A DNA stretch of 64,000 nucleotides from NCBI GenBank assembly GCA_017654855.1, contig CM030333.1, forward strand, positions 1,984,001 through 2,048,000, read 5' to 3'. A model generated the notes under the pieces. It saw nothing but the letters and a program-made list of their open reading frames with translations. It was not told the origin of the DNA and made no database searches. The stretch is from Podospora anserina (lineage: Eukaryota). Below are positions 38,118 through 51,596 of the stretch, piece after piece (position 1 is the stretch's first letter; every line of letters begins with the position of its first letter). A program made the translations under genes and the position numbers.

Positions 38118-38694
38118 ATGAGCCACCTAACATCCGAAGAAGCGCACTCCCGCCTAGGACATGGCGAGGGCATCGACCAGAACACCATCTGCAATTGGTA
38201 TGTATCACACCCTCCTCACTTAAAGTTGTTAGAATTTTGATAAGAACTCTGTTACTAGGCCGGTGACTGAAGATGGTGTTGAAGATGATGCTGCCGCTGC
38301 AAGATTCCACTGGCGGGAAACAGGTTTTTGCCTCGTTGCTCGGATCGGTCAACGAGGACACATCGATGGCGTTTATGTCATTTATGATATGGATTGGGAT
38401 GGTCCTTTCACCGGAGAGGATGGGAGGTATTCTTTTGATGATAGCAATTGGGGTATACCGCCTGGTTTTGAGCACGATAATGAAGATGAGGACGAGGTAC
38501 GAAGATGAGATCGAGGGTGGGGACGAGGCCAAGGAAGAGAAAAGCAGATCTTTTGCGCCCGGCTTGCAGAAAGAATGGGGGATTTTGGTCGTAGCCACCA
38601 TGTTTGGTGGGACGAGGTTACATTCTCCCAGTCCAACTCGGCCAGTCTCGGATTTGTGTCGAAAGACATATTGGTCTGTGATGTTGAAGAATGA
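38118..38694 (+). pseudogene. Small hypothetical gene, possibly interrupted
   Basis: ATG at 38118 in a CACA-ATG context and an intron at ~38198-38258 (GTATGT..TAG). The frame has a TGA at 38506-38508 but continues protein-like (QIFCARLAERMGDFG) to 38694. Confidence 0.3.
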
Positions 38695-38868
38695 CGGGTG
38701 GTCCGGCGATGCAAAGAGCCGCAAATCGTGGTAGAAAACAAAGCCTCGATATTTTATTTCACCACTCACTCTTTCATTCATGTGAAAAAGAAAATTCACT
38801 CTCATCAGAATCGGCTACATATGTCCCATCAAAATCCCCTCCCTAGTTCCCCTCGCCGTCATAACATC

Positions 38869-41800
38869 TCACCAAGCTACCCTCCCCCAAAACCCCCCAG
38901 GATACCTCCTCACCATGCACTTCCTCCCCTCATCCAACAACAAAATGCCCAACCCGAAACACATTGGCAAGAACCAATACTCCACCGGTACCTCCGCCGT
39001 CCCCAAAACACTCTGCAAACTCGGAATATACAACCAAAAAAACGCCATCACCAACGAAAACAACACCGCCGGAAACAAGTAGTAGTTCCTCGTCTCCTTG
39101 TTAAACAACGGCGGATGCTGAAAAATACTCAACCTTCTCGTCCTAACCGCCAACAAATTGAACCATTGCCTACCCCTCTCTCATCAGCCACACATACCTC
39201 ATATCACATCAGGGAACAAAAGGGGGAACTTACACCACAACCAACGTCACAAAGTACACCGAACTAGCCACATTCAACCTAGCTACAACCTCCTCTCCCG
39301 ACATACCCCCCGGCACCCTTCCAAACCCAAACCACAAATCCCCAAACTTGACCCCCTCCCTCTCCAAAAACCAATACGCCATCGCAAAGGCCACCACCGT
39401 CTCAATCACACCCACAAACCCATAACTCTGCACAATCAACCTCCAATCAACCAATCTATCCACCCCGACCCGTCTCGGAGGCCTCTTCAAAACATCCGCC
39501 TCGGGAGCTTCATACGCCAGCGCGGTAGCAGCCAGACAATCCGTAAAACAGCAAATAATGATCATCAAAAACGAGCTCAAAATCTGCGGCAGCCCAAAAG
39601 CGACGTTTGTCATGATGGGCCAGAACTCAGCAAAACTTCCAGCGGGGAGGAGGTACGCGATGGTTTTCTTGAGGTTGTCAAACAGCACCCGACCAAAGCG
39701 GACCGCTTCGACCACGCTGGAGAAGGACTCGAGAAGGACCATGTCAGCGGCCTCAATGGCAATGTCGCTCCCGCCGCCGATGGCAATGCCAATGTCTGCT
39801 GCGCGGAGGGCAGGGGCGTCGTTAACGCCGTCGCCTGTCATGCCCACGACGTGACCGCGGTCCTGGAGCTCACGGACGATTCGCAGTTTTTGCTCGGGGG
39901 TTGTTCGGGCAAAGACGACTTCGTTGTAGGAGGAGACGAGAGCATCCCATTGGGTGCTGTTGAGGGTGATGAGATCTGGGCCGGTCAGCACGATGGACTT
40001 TGAGAGCTCCTCGTCGCCTTCTTCAGACGGAGTGTGTTCCTTGTGATTTTTTGTTTCGGTGGGCTCCCGGGACAGAGCGGTGACGTTAGCGACAACGCTG
40101 TCTGGGTTGGTGATGATGCCGCACTCTCTAGCGATAGCTTGGGCCGTCAAGGCAAAGTCTCCAGTGACCATAAACATGCGAATGCCAGCCGTCCGAAGAA
40201 TCTTGACCACCTCTGGGATCTCAGGCCGGGGAGGGTCAACAATAGCGACCAGGCCCACGAGCGTGAGTCCAGATTTGGCTTGCTCCAAAGTCTCTGCCTC
40301 AAAGGCAGCCGAGGAAAAGGGAGACGACTTAAAGGAGCACCTGGAGAGTGCTTTGTGGGCCAGAAGCAATACCCGACGCCCTTGTGCAGACCAATCATTC
40401 TTGATGCGGTTGAACTTCTCTCTAACTTCAGGAGTCAAGGTCATGGCAACACCCGAACTACCAGTAAAGTTGGTACAACGGTCCATCAATATCTCTGGAG
40501 CTCCCTTGATAGTCAAGAGCCTGTCACAAAATGTCAGCGAGTGGGTACTGGGAGGTTGTGATAGGAAGACTTACATATCACCAGGCTCAAAGACAGACGC
40601 CGTTCCAGTTGGCAAAGCCAAGCTCAGCCCATCAGGATGGGTGTATCCCAGAACGCGAATCATGAACTTGTTCTTGCTGTTGAAGGCGAGGTTGAACTTC
40701 GTAGCCCAACAGCGCTTGAGCTCAGACACAGGACCCAAGCCTTCTGCAAACCGCAGAATGGCTTGGTCAGTAGCGTCACCGTGAATCTTTCTTTCGCTAA
40801 CGGGCAGGCTCCACGTGGCAGCGTCAAACTCTCCAGCGTTGCAAAGCCCAGCAACGCTGCGCAGCTGGTCAATGGAGTTGCTCGCCATGTCACCGTTGGT
40901 AAGTCGCTCGGCGATGGCAACATCGAGGATGCCATCCACAGTCATTTCCTTGCCACCAAGGGCACAGTCTGTGACCAGCATTTTGTTCTGCAGATGTTGG
41001 GTAAGTACGATTACGCCGAAATGATGAGAACGCAACTTACTTCTGTCAGTGTCCCAGTCTTGTCCGAACAAATGACAGACACAGACCCAAGCGTCTCAAC
41101 AGTCTTCAACGACTTGCACAAGACCTTGTTCTTCCGCATCATATTCGCACTGATCGTCAGACTGGCCGTCAACGCTACTGGCAAGCCTTCAGGAATGAAA
41201 GCCACAGCAACCGACACACAAGCAACGATCAGATTAGGGACGCTGATCCAGTCTGGATACGTAGTCCTCAGCCAGGCGGCCCTATCAAACAGTGTCAGTG
41301 CGCCGTCAAGTGAACAAGCCATGCAGGTTCGTACCAAATAACAACAACCGCAATGATCATAACCACCATGATGGAACAAATGACATAGACAAAGTTGAGA
41401 ACCTCCCTCTCAAGAGGCGTCATCCCCTTTTTAGGCTCATTGGTCAACTTGGCAATCCGTCCAAACACCGTCTTGCTGCCAGTGGCGACAATAACTCCAG
41501 TGCAAGTACCAAACGAGCAATGGGTGCCCTGCAAACCAATGTTCTTGGTCTCGAGGTAGTTCTCATCCGTAGCATCAACAGTGGCAGCAAGAGGGACCGA
41601 TTCACCTGCATAGCGACAATCAGCAACACCTCACACTTCTCTCGCCAAGTTGGCAGACTCACCAGTAAGGATCGACCGATCAAACTTAGCATCACTCGAC
41701 ACCTGCACAAACCTCACGTCCGCCGGCAACTTATTCCCCGCCTTGACCAGCAACACATCTCCAGGAACAATATCAGCAGCCATGGCCGAAACCTGAACGC

Positions 41801-42593
41801 CTTCCCGAATCAAAAGACACTCCTCAGGAATCATATTCTTGATGGAAGCCATGACCCGAGACGACGACCAGTCCTGCCACATGTTGAAGGCGGCCTGAAT
41901 GAAGAACACAGCAAGCAAGACGATAGCCAAGGCCAAGTTGGCCTGGGCCGGGGGTTGTCCCAGAGGCTTCCAAGCAACGAAGACGAGGATGGAGCCGACG
42001 AGGAGGACAGAACCGAAGCCCTTAAAGAAGTAGCCCATGATTTGTTGGAAGTGGCGGGTCTCCGGGGGGGAGGGCGTGTTTTTGCCATATTCAGTGACGC
42101 GGCGCTTGATTTGGTCTTGAGAGAGGCCTTGGTCGAGGGAGGTGGTCCAGCGATTGACAACGTCAGCAACGGGAAGGGTGTGCCATTCGAGGTCGGCAAG
42201 GCCTGTCATCATCAGACATATCGTCAGCCTTCCCGAACCGCAAATGTGACCAAGAGAAAACAAAGTACCTGTCGCAGCAGCCTTTGAGACCTTGTTGGCC
42301 ACTTCAGCCTTGCGGTTGTAATCATCAATGTCGATGGAGCTGGTCAAGCGTGTTAGTACACGTTGATGACACACAAGCCTGCTGAAGACTTACACAGTCC
42401 GGTACTGAATAGGCAGCGCCGCGGAGGGATCAACACCACCACCGGTATTCGAACGAACACTCCGAATTGACATGGAGCCATGAGAGCGAGTACGCTCAAG
42501 CCCAGGACCTTGAACCGGTCGGCTCGCAGACCGACCGGCCTCAACGTCGTTATCCTGCCATCGAATGCGAGATTTGTCTCCCGGTTTACCCAT
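38869..42593 (-). CDS. P-type cation ATPase, Na+/K+-ATPase alpha-like (type IIC/ACU-like)
   Basis: Eight exons that splice in frame. Motifs: LPAD, DRSILTGES, FIPEGL, phosphorylation site CSDKTGTLT, FNSKNK, KGAPE, DPPR, MVTGD, FARTTPEQK and TGDGVNDAPAL. Confidence 0.93.
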
Positions 42594-45066
42594 TACGAGT
42601 CAATCGGGGATAATATGAGTAAGACTGGTGTAACAAGATAGAGTCAAGACAGTGCAGAGGGAGGAGGGAACAGGTAGGAGAAGTGAGACTGATAACACCC
42701 GACTGGACAAAGGGCGTACCAGCTTCTTATGAGAACCACTCCGAGGAGGCACTGCCCAAGTACGTACAGTACCTCCCCCTCCCGCGCCGCGGCCCTTCAA
42801 TTGTGCCATTGCTGGTCCTGGAGATTATTCCTCGATAGAGGCAAGCCCTCTCCCGGAATATCACAGCAAGGGCACATGCTCTGCCGCGGCATCCAACGCA
42901 CCAATCTCAAAATAGCCATGAAATGAGTGATCTTTGAAGGACTGGTCAGTATGCATCTCGTTGGAGACTGAAACAAGACAGATGACTGCGCCAAAGGAAT
43001 CCCACCAACCTCATTAGCTACCTACACCGCGGCGTCAATGATCCGGACGTAGCACTTGAGTTCTGAAGTAGACAGTGAGGGATCCATACCAGAGAAATAC
43101 GTAACACGGAACACCACAAAACCCCTCAACCCCATTCCGAATTCCATGATGCGTGAAATGCATTGCCACGGCGATGAAAGTCGGTCGAGACCACCGCCTC
43201 TCGCATTTGGGAGGAAGGTGTGACGAAGCACCTAGCACTTGCCTCAAGCTTTCGCGATGCCGGAAGGAGCGATACTCCTCGTGTCGGGTGGAAAGAGCTA
43301 CCACCCAACCAACCAAGGTAATATGTACCCCAAGTCCCCTACCTAAGTACCTTGCCTCAGTATCCCCCTAACCGCCACCAGAAAATCACTCATACCCATC
43401 CAGCTCAGCACCCATCCCAGCCCTGATATCAGGAACCTCCCCTCACTGTCGAATTAAGCTTTTCCACCGGCACCCGGAAGGCGGAAAAAACAACCCGAGC
43501 TGTCCACCGCTCAATGAATGCAAGGAGCTTTGGCCAACATCCCCTTTTAGCTTGCTTCTCCTGTCGTAGCTTCCAACACAGCCCCCCTTTCCCTTTTCCC
43601 ACTGACACCCACAAAGGAGACCGGTTCTCCCCATGTAGTCAAACGAATCTAGAACCTCTCTCTCCACATGGTTGCCATCGGCTGTGAGGTGGGTGCCCTT
43701 GCCGCTCGGAAGAGGGGCTAGCTACGAGCTGGTATAGCTCCAGTCAGACGGGCAAGCACTGCCACCCTCACTAACACTGAGAGAGAAAAAGAGACAAAGC
43801 ACTTTTGGATAAAATATTACCATGTCGTGTCGTGCCACAACGGGATTTCTCCATGAGGCATCCCTAACGCTGCCATCAAGTGAGCAAGACACCATAAGAA
43901 CGGGGAGGCCTCCCGGGGAAATCTATTAGGTTAGTATGGGGCTGGGAATCGACATGGCCAACGAGTGAGTCAACTCGTATATAACACAGACAGCAAGCCG
44001 CCCTCAGACAAAGGTGGTCAACCCAATCTCATCACTCCGCACTTAACTACCTACCCAATAAAAATTTGTGTGAATATTGTCGCTTCAACACCCCCCTTTC
44101 TAGGGTGTTGACACACTGTCTTGGCACCCCCAGCAAATCCCCTCAGCAACCAACCATCCAACCAACGAACCAACCACCTTTCAATCACAATCACGTTCCC
44201 CCATACAAAAAAAGTATTCCAACAAGTCAATTCTTCAAAGCTGCCTAGCTTACATCTATGTTGTGTGTGTGGTGGACTGTTCCCATTGCTCTTGGCTGTC
44301 CCCAATCCCACCTGATGGCCCAGTAGTAGGAAATACCCTCGCGACGCCGAGAAGCGCAAAATGAGCGAGAAAAAAATAAAAACAAAAAGAAAAAATATAT
44401 GTCCATAGGATATACCTTCCATCCCAAGACCGCATCACCCAACACAGCGCGTATGTTTTCCCTGCCACTGATCATCAATTTGCGACAAGAATGGTGGCGC
44501 CCTCGATTCCTTGATCCGACAAAGATGCAATATAACCCCCGCCCCGTCCCAAGAGGCCAATGTTATTGACCACCCCCAAACAGTAAGAAATAAAAGCAAA
44601 AAAAATCACTGTGTATAATCCCCCAACGTTCTTTGCCCATCCTTCAAACAAGCCTAACCCGCAAAAGCCGTGACTTCGTGAATCCTGTATAGGGAGCTTT
44701 CACGGGAATAAAAAAGGCAAATGATTGGGCCGTAGGTAAAGCTACGTTCCAATAGTAAAACGGCCATAACAGCAGACCAAACCACTGTGCTGGGTATCAA
44801 TGTCGCATTTCTGCTCCGAAACCTTGCCGAAAAGGCGATGATGCGAAGTACTTCTGATCTCTGCGGGACAGAGTTCAACCCTAACCAAAAGGCAGCTTTC
44901 AAGCCACCGCAATTCTCCTTCGCTTAGACGGCGTCAACGCAATGGCCCGTACGCTGCGACTTCGGCGTAGCGTGATTGCTTCAGAAGTCCCGCGGTCGTC
45001 CCGTGGCGTGTCTCCTGCAGAAGAGCTGCGAACGCGGTGTGGCGTGCTTCCTCCAGACAAGGTCTC

Positions 45067-47557
45067 CTAAGCCGAATCTTGAGGGTTACCAGGTCCGTCG
45101 CGGTCCATTCTCGCTGGCGGATTAACTATCGTCGTGCCCATAACTTGGCCAGGAGAGTCAGTGGATGGCGAGGGGCTCGGTCCAGCAACTTGAGCTTGTT
45201 GAGCAGACAATGTCACAACGTCGTAGTCTATTGGTAGGCCGTGGTGAAGAGTTGGAGGATGTTGGGGTGCCATGTGACCGTTTTGGAACGGAACCGACTG
45301 GGGTAGGTAAGGCGGGTGGCCCCCTACATAGTTAAAAGGATGAAGTGTTGGAGCGAGCGGCGGGGGAGGCGGTGGTTGTTGATGGGTTGGGTTAGGTGGA
45401 GCAGCATCGGCCATATCGTCATCCTCCGGGTCGTCGTCCACGACATCGACCTCCGTCTCGTCGGCATCGCCATTGTTGGCATGAATGACCTCGCCGGTTG
45501 GAGTGTCTCGGCCAGCCCCGTTAACACCGCCGGCTGATTCTCCAAGTCCAAGGTCGGCAAATGTCTGTTCCTGGTTCAGATATTTGCGGAGGTTGACAAC
45601 GCCTTGACCTGAGAACACGCAAAAGACATCGCGTTGGTGTTGGGTAAACCCTATAATAACCGTGTTAGCCACCGATGTGCATTGACAGAGCGAAAAGCTT
45701 ACCTTGAGGAGGCTCACGAGAAAATACCTCCAAGTCATCTCTCAAGAAGGCAGCCACGCCTGTGAGACTGAGATGGGTGAGTCGCGGACAGCACTTAAGC
45801 AGCCGCAAGATTCCCTACGCATCTTAGTCAGCAAAATCCAGACCTGCAACGGCGAAAAAAGCTGTTAAATAAATACCTTCAAAGTAAGATTTGTGCAGTA
45901 GCTCAGATGAACGCGTTCCAAGCTGCTGTGGCTCATGCTGACATACTCGTTGGGGATGACATTTCCATGCGCGTCCTTTCGTAAGCGTGCTCGCCTGTTG
46001 GCATTCGCAAGAGCGATAACACTTGCATCTGTGATCTGGGCACATTTGACGAGACCAATTCTCTTCAACTTGGGCAAGGTGGCCAGCTTCATCACCGAGT
46101 CGTCCGTCAGGTGGGTGCAGCAACCAAGATCAATATAGCGAATGCGATTGCACTCGGCAACAAGCTTCTTAACGGCCTCGTCCGTGATCTGGTGGCAATG
46201 GCCCAAATGGAGGAAATGCAGGTTCTTCCCTAGACCAGCAATGGCATACAGAGCTTCGTCTGTGAGCTGGCGGCACTTGGCAAAGACCAGGTTCCGGAGT
46301 CGAGGCGCGACTTCAATAATCTTTTGCACGGCCCGATCCGTCAATTTGTCACAAGATGTCAGATCCAGGATGCGCAGGTTCTCAAACGTCCTGTTCGGCA
46401 ACGATAAGAAAGCACTGTCGTCGATCATCTCGCAGTTGGCCAGTCGAAGTTCACGGAGAGCCTGTCCCTTCTCAATAAGTGCTGTAACAGGCTCGTTGCC
46501 AATCAACTTGCATTGGTGGAGATCAATCTCGAGAATGTTGGGACAGTGCTCGGCAAAGGCAAGGACGGCTTGGTTGTTCAGTTGTTGGCAATCATTCAAT
46601 TTGAGCTATGAGACGACCAGTTAGCACATCTAGACACAGAGTACAATATGAAAGCAAATACGTCGAGGCTTGCAAACTCACCCTCTTCAAAAACCTGCAG
46701 TTCTCGGCAAGAGTAATCATGCTCTCTGGAGAGACCTTGTGGCATCCACTGATGTTGAGACCCTGGAGTCGCTTGCAGTACTGGGCAATAGCATAGATCG
46801 AAGCCTCCGTAATTTGGCTGTCGTTGGAAACATCGAGTGCCAACAAGTGATCATTGTTAGTGATCAATGGGATGAGGCCAGTGTCGGTAATCTTGCCGCA
46901 GTTTGTGAGGGTGAGGCGTTCGACACGGGTGCACGAGGCAAGAGGAACAACACTGCCATCACTGACGGTGTCGTGCAGACACGCAAGGTTGAGGCGCTTG
47001 ATGAACTCCCTGTAGGGAAAGGCCGGAGCCTCTGAGCTGAGAGTGTTGCAAATCTGAACGTGCTTGTCCCATGTCGTGCACGATGGACGATGCCACAAAA
47101 TGTCAACCGCATTGCGAGCCCATCTCCTACATGTCAACATGACGTGGAAGACATCAGATAGACTGTTGAGCTTGGCAAAGATGGCGATCAAGATCTCGTT
47201 TGGCAGCCGGTTGATGGGCGGAAGGCAGTCCTCATCGTTGACCTGCATGTCCTGGAGATTTGGTACGCCGAGAGAGGACTGTGAATCATTTGCGCCGAGG
47301 AAGAAATCGGATTCCTCATTGTCACCGCCGGGCGCTGGCGAGCTGCTGGATGAAGTGGAGCGGCCATCGTCTTGTGCGTCAACGGCAAGGTCGATGAGTT
47401 CAGGCTGGGCGGACTGTTGTTGTTGTCGGGTGAGCTGGTCGGGTGCTGCTGCTGCTGGCTCGGCGACGGTGCTGCTCGGGGCGTGGTTGGAAATGATTGC
47501 GCCTCTGTCGGCGATGATATCGAGGGACGCGCGCTGTCTCATGGTTGCTAAAGTCAT
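45067..47557 (-). CDS. grr1: SCF ubiquitin-ligase F-box/LRR subunit Grr1
   Basis: F-box LPNEILIAIF, then ILWHRPSC, FIKRLNL, many LRRs and C-terminal FTQHQRDVFCVFSG. Three introns. Start at 47557 or 47542. Confidence 0.92.
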
Positions 47558-49684
47558 TGTCGACTCCCGCGGCGCAAAGGGCGGGTTCGGTGGGAAGTTA
47601 AGCAGAGGGAAGGACGGTGACTGTCACTGAGGGGAGGCGACCCGACCGTAAATGTGGAGTGCTTGTTGGTGCGCTGCCAGCCGTCAATTGTCAGCAGGGG
47701 GCCCAGGCTGTGATGAGGGGACCCGGCCCAAAATAGCCTTGGTCTGTGGGTCCAATGACGGTCGGAATCTCAAGCGGTTGAGGGCGACAAAGATAGATAC
47801 CTCCAGCTATCTGTGGGTGATGGAAAAACAAGAAGACCTAGGAGGCAGCGCAACAGGTGTTCGATATTTGAGATGGAGGGTTTGTCTGGGTTGACAGGAG
47901 GAGGTGGTGAGATAACAGGGGGGGCGTGGTTCTACAGGAAGGTGAGTTTGAATGACAGCGTGTGCGATGACGGTGGCAGGGAAGGATGCCGTGATAGGAG
48001 ACAATAAAGAGGGAAAGGCCTGAAGCCAGTCGCTATTGTGAAATGCCACCCAAGAGTTTTTACCTAAGAAGGTGGGCTTTCTGACAAACTTGACACTTGG
48101 GAAGCAAAGTCTGACAAAGATGTGTGCTTCATGCCTTCTCTATTCCCATTTCCCATTGCTGTCACTTTAGGACTTCCACCCACACATTCAACAGTTGCCC
48201 TGCTGCGGACGGGCTGCTCGAGGGAATGTGTGAACAAGGCAACCTACCTACATGGGGCGCAACCTACCGACCTTAGGGTGGGGTTATTGGCTGCCCAGAG
48301 GTCACACTTCATGGGCACTTGCGGTGGTTTCTTTACTGTTCAAAATCAAACCTCGATTTCCATCTGAAATTCCATGCTACGCCAAGTAACTTTGTGATGA
48401 TTACTAGGAAGCTGATCGATGGCAGTATGGAGCATTCATCAAGCGACAGGTGGTAGTGTCAGTACTAACGTCCCACCTGCAGGCCTGATGCAGTGAATGA
48501 AGTACCAGATGCGGCACCTGAGACAACCACCTCAATTCGCCGCCTGTGTGCTTGGGTACCATAGAAAATAGCTGAGGTGGCAGGTCCTGTCCAACTCGTT
48601 CCAATGACCATGCTAGCCACGCCAATGTCGAATAGATCATGGACACGGCTGTGGCAAACCTTCCAGCGGCGTCTCGTGCGTAGAGTCACGGGGAAAGCGG
48701 CAGATTCCCAGGAGGGCGTACATCTTGACGAGGGAGCTTCCATGGAAGGAAAGCTGGGCTGCGAATATCGGCAAAATGATAGCAAGTGTTATACGAAGAC
48801 TCCAGCTGGGCAACCTCCAGCGCCACCACCGGATCTACCTCATCGGGATCTCGGGAGCTAGCCAGTAACCCAATCTCTGGGCCATGGAAGGACGCGATAG
48901 CTTTCGGGTAGTCGGGTATCTTAAGGTGGTCAGGCTGTCTGAGATGCCACCTCGATATCGGTTTTCAGAAAGACACTACGCGCGGCCAGTCATTTAGGCC
49001 CGCCGCACGGCATTCCCTTCAACTTGAGAAACACAGCACCGCAACATCACAGATTCCCAGCATGCACGTCTATTTGTTCATGACGTGCGCATGGGCGCTT
49101 AAGCATTCGGCTGCAGTAACCAGTCAAAGCAAACAGTCAGCATGTCAAGATCCTGGAGATAGTTGGCGCCCCTCGTCCAAATGATGTGGTTTGCTGAGAA
49201 ACATGGGACGCCACGTGCAATGATATGTGTGACCTCATCCTTCAGCTGCAGGGCAACATCCCATAGGCGGGAAGCTTCCTTCGTAGCACAGGGCTGGGCG
49301 ACCATGTTGGTCTCAAGTTGGTCGGGGTGTCTGGCCTCTTTGATTCGAACTTGAAGTGGTTTTATTTTGAGATTCAGAACAGTTGAAGTCAAAGTCCACC
49401 TTTTTTTGAGGATCACCACGCTAGAAATGATCCAATGGGCATAGCGTCGTGATTCTTGAACCAAGACGCCATGGTTCGGCAGACGACCCACTTTGATGAC
49501 GGACCCCAGGCACCATGATGTCAAATTGACCCTGGGGACGAACGCCAAGCTCCAAACTCCGAACTGACATCCATCTCCCATAAGGAACATCGAACGGACG
49601 ACCAGCCGACGAACGACTGCACGCAGGGGAGATCACCACAATAATAATACGGCTGCAACTGTAACAGCATCATATACACACACA

Positions 49685-50875
49685 ATGCTCCGGCAGCCCC
49701 TCCTCCGGCAGGCAGCCCGCACCGCAGCCCGGCCCTCCTCCGCCATCCCCTCCCTCAGACCTCACATCCAGCGCCGAACCCTCCTCTCCAAGCGCTCCTT
49801 CCGCCAAACCGGCACCCGCGCCGTCGAGAACCTCAACCTTCGCAACATCGCCCAGTCCTCAGCCGATTACCACCGCAACAAGCAAATCTTCCTCTCCTGC
49901 GGTATCGTCGCCGGCATCGTCTCCTTCATCTACGTCTCCTACCGCATTGTCCTCGAGATCAAGAAAAACCCAATACAAGCCGACGCCGACCCATCCAACC
50001 CCCTCTCCGACCCCAACGCCCCCAACAGGAAAATAATCGTCCACGATGAAAACGGGAATGAAATCGTGCCCACAGGCCATAGCGTCGTCCCTAGCTTTCC
50101 GCGGACAATCTCGTTGCCTTCTTTTACCGGACCGTTAGATGCTACTGAGCCTGTTCAACCTGGGACAATCACCACCGCTGCTGCCCCAGAGACGGAGTAT
50201 ACCCTTGTTGGTCTGGGAACCAGAACAGTCACCTTCATCGGGATTTCCGTCTACGTGGTAGGCTTTTACATCGCAACCGCAGACATTGCAGCTTTGCAAT
50301 CCGCCCTTGTCAAAAAGGTCAACCCTATTGCTACCACCCTCGTCCCTGGAGAGCGGGATCAGTTGAGGAATGAACTCCTCGACCCAGCCGAAGGCGCCAA
50401 GTTATGGAATGAGCTCTTGTCTCACAACATTCCCGCCCGTACTGCCTTCCGCGTCATCCCCGTTCGCGACACTGACTTCCACCACTTGCGGGATGGGTTC
50501 GTCAACGCCATCAAGACTCGCGGACCAGAATTATCCGGGAAGGGGGTGGATGATGAGGCGTTTGGGGAGGCGATGAAGCAGTTTAGGGCTGTGTTCAACA
50601 GGGGCAAGGTACCAAAGGCCAAGGAGTTGATTCTGGCCAGAGATGACAAGGGCCATCTCAGTATTGCCTTTGATGGGGGCAAGAAGTCTGGTGGCAGGCA
50701 GTTGATTGGGGTTGTGCCGGATGAGAGGGTTTCGAGGGCGTTGTGGTTGAACTATCTGGCTGGTAAGCAGGTTGCTAGTGAGCCGGCGAGGAGGAGTATT
50801 GTTGAGGGCATCATGGAGTTTGTAGAAAGGCCGGTGGGGACAGTTGCTAGTATGGTCGTGCCGCTCGCTAGGTGA
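49685..50875 (+). CDS. Chalcone-isomerase-fold mitochondrial protein (Aim18/Aim46-like)
   Basis: Arg-rich presequence-like N-terminus and one TM segment. Motifs YTLVGLGTRTVTFIGISVYVVGFY, PVRDTDFHHLRDGF and LWLNYLAGK..ASEPAR. Confidence 0.85.
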   Translation: MLRQPLLRQAARTAARPSSAIPSLRPHIQRRTLLSKRSFRQTGTRAVENLNLRNIAQSSADYHRNKQIFLSCGIVAGIVSFIYVSYRIVLEIKKNPIQADADPSNPLSDPNAPNRKIIVHDENGNEIVPTGHSVVPSFPRTISLPSFTGPLDATEPVQPGTITTAAAPETEYTLVGLGTRTVTFIGISVYVVGFYIATADIAALQSALVKKVNPIATTLVPGERDQLRNELLDPAEGAKLWNELLSHNIPARTAFRVIPVRDTDFHHLRDGFVNAIKTRGPELSGKGVDDEAFGEAMKQFRAVFNRGKVPKAKELILARDDKGHLSIAFDGGKKSGGRQLIGVVPDERVSRALWLNYLAGKQVASEPARRSIVEGIMEFVERPVGTVASMVVPLAR

Positions 50876-51181
50876 AAATCTTTGGTTCAGGTGAGGAAAT
50901 GGATCTTCTGCCTTTCGCTAGGTAAGACACTGGAGTGTCTTGGCAAAAGATGTTTTGAAGAAAATCAGACGCGAACTGTATTGATAATAGCCAATGTTTA
51001 CAAAGATTTCAAGTTATGACAACCAACATGACATCCCATTTTCCAAGCATTGTTATGTTAAGTGCAACGCAAAAAAGAAAGCTTGCTTCGCTTGCTAATA
51101 TCCCATAATCTTGAATGTTGGTTGAGCCTTTGACCGTGGGTATCCCATCTCTTCCCTTCTGATTCCTCACTCTCTCTCCAT

Positions 51182-51596
51182 TTAGAGAGCACCAGCCTCC
51201 TTCAACAACTCCTCAAGCTTCTTGCCGTCCTTGCCCTTGCTGGCCACGGCCTCGAGATCGCTGTTGCCACCAATGTGCTGCTTGTTGATGAAAATGTTTG
51301 GCACCGTCCTCTGGCCGGTGATCTTGGCGAGCGCGGCCTGGATGTCGTCGCCGTCATCCTCCTGGTTGAGCTCGATGGCCTTGTACGTGGCGTCGTAGGA
51401 GTCGAGGAGGCGCTTGGTGTTGTTGCAGTAGGGGCAGTAGGACTTGCTAAAGACCACTGTTTTTTTGCGCGCAATACTTCCATGGTTAACAATGTATTAT
51501 CAACGGCAAGGGTTGGGGGCGCATATAGAGGGGCAACTACGTACTGACAGCATTGTCATCGATCAACTGCTGGGCTTTCTTCTGGGCGGCGTCCAT
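51182..51596 (-). CDS. Dithiol glutaredoxin
   Basis: MDAAQKKAQQLIDDNAV, intron 51457-51544, then VFSKSYCPYC, GQRTVPNIFI and HIGGNSDL. Confidence 0.95.

Noticed and set aside
1-38800. Starship or other transposon as the carrier of the accessory block
   Set aside because: I found no tyrosine recombinase (DUF3435), transposase, reverse transcriptase, terminal repeats or obvious RIP-degraded sequence. A captain gene left of the window cannot be excluded.
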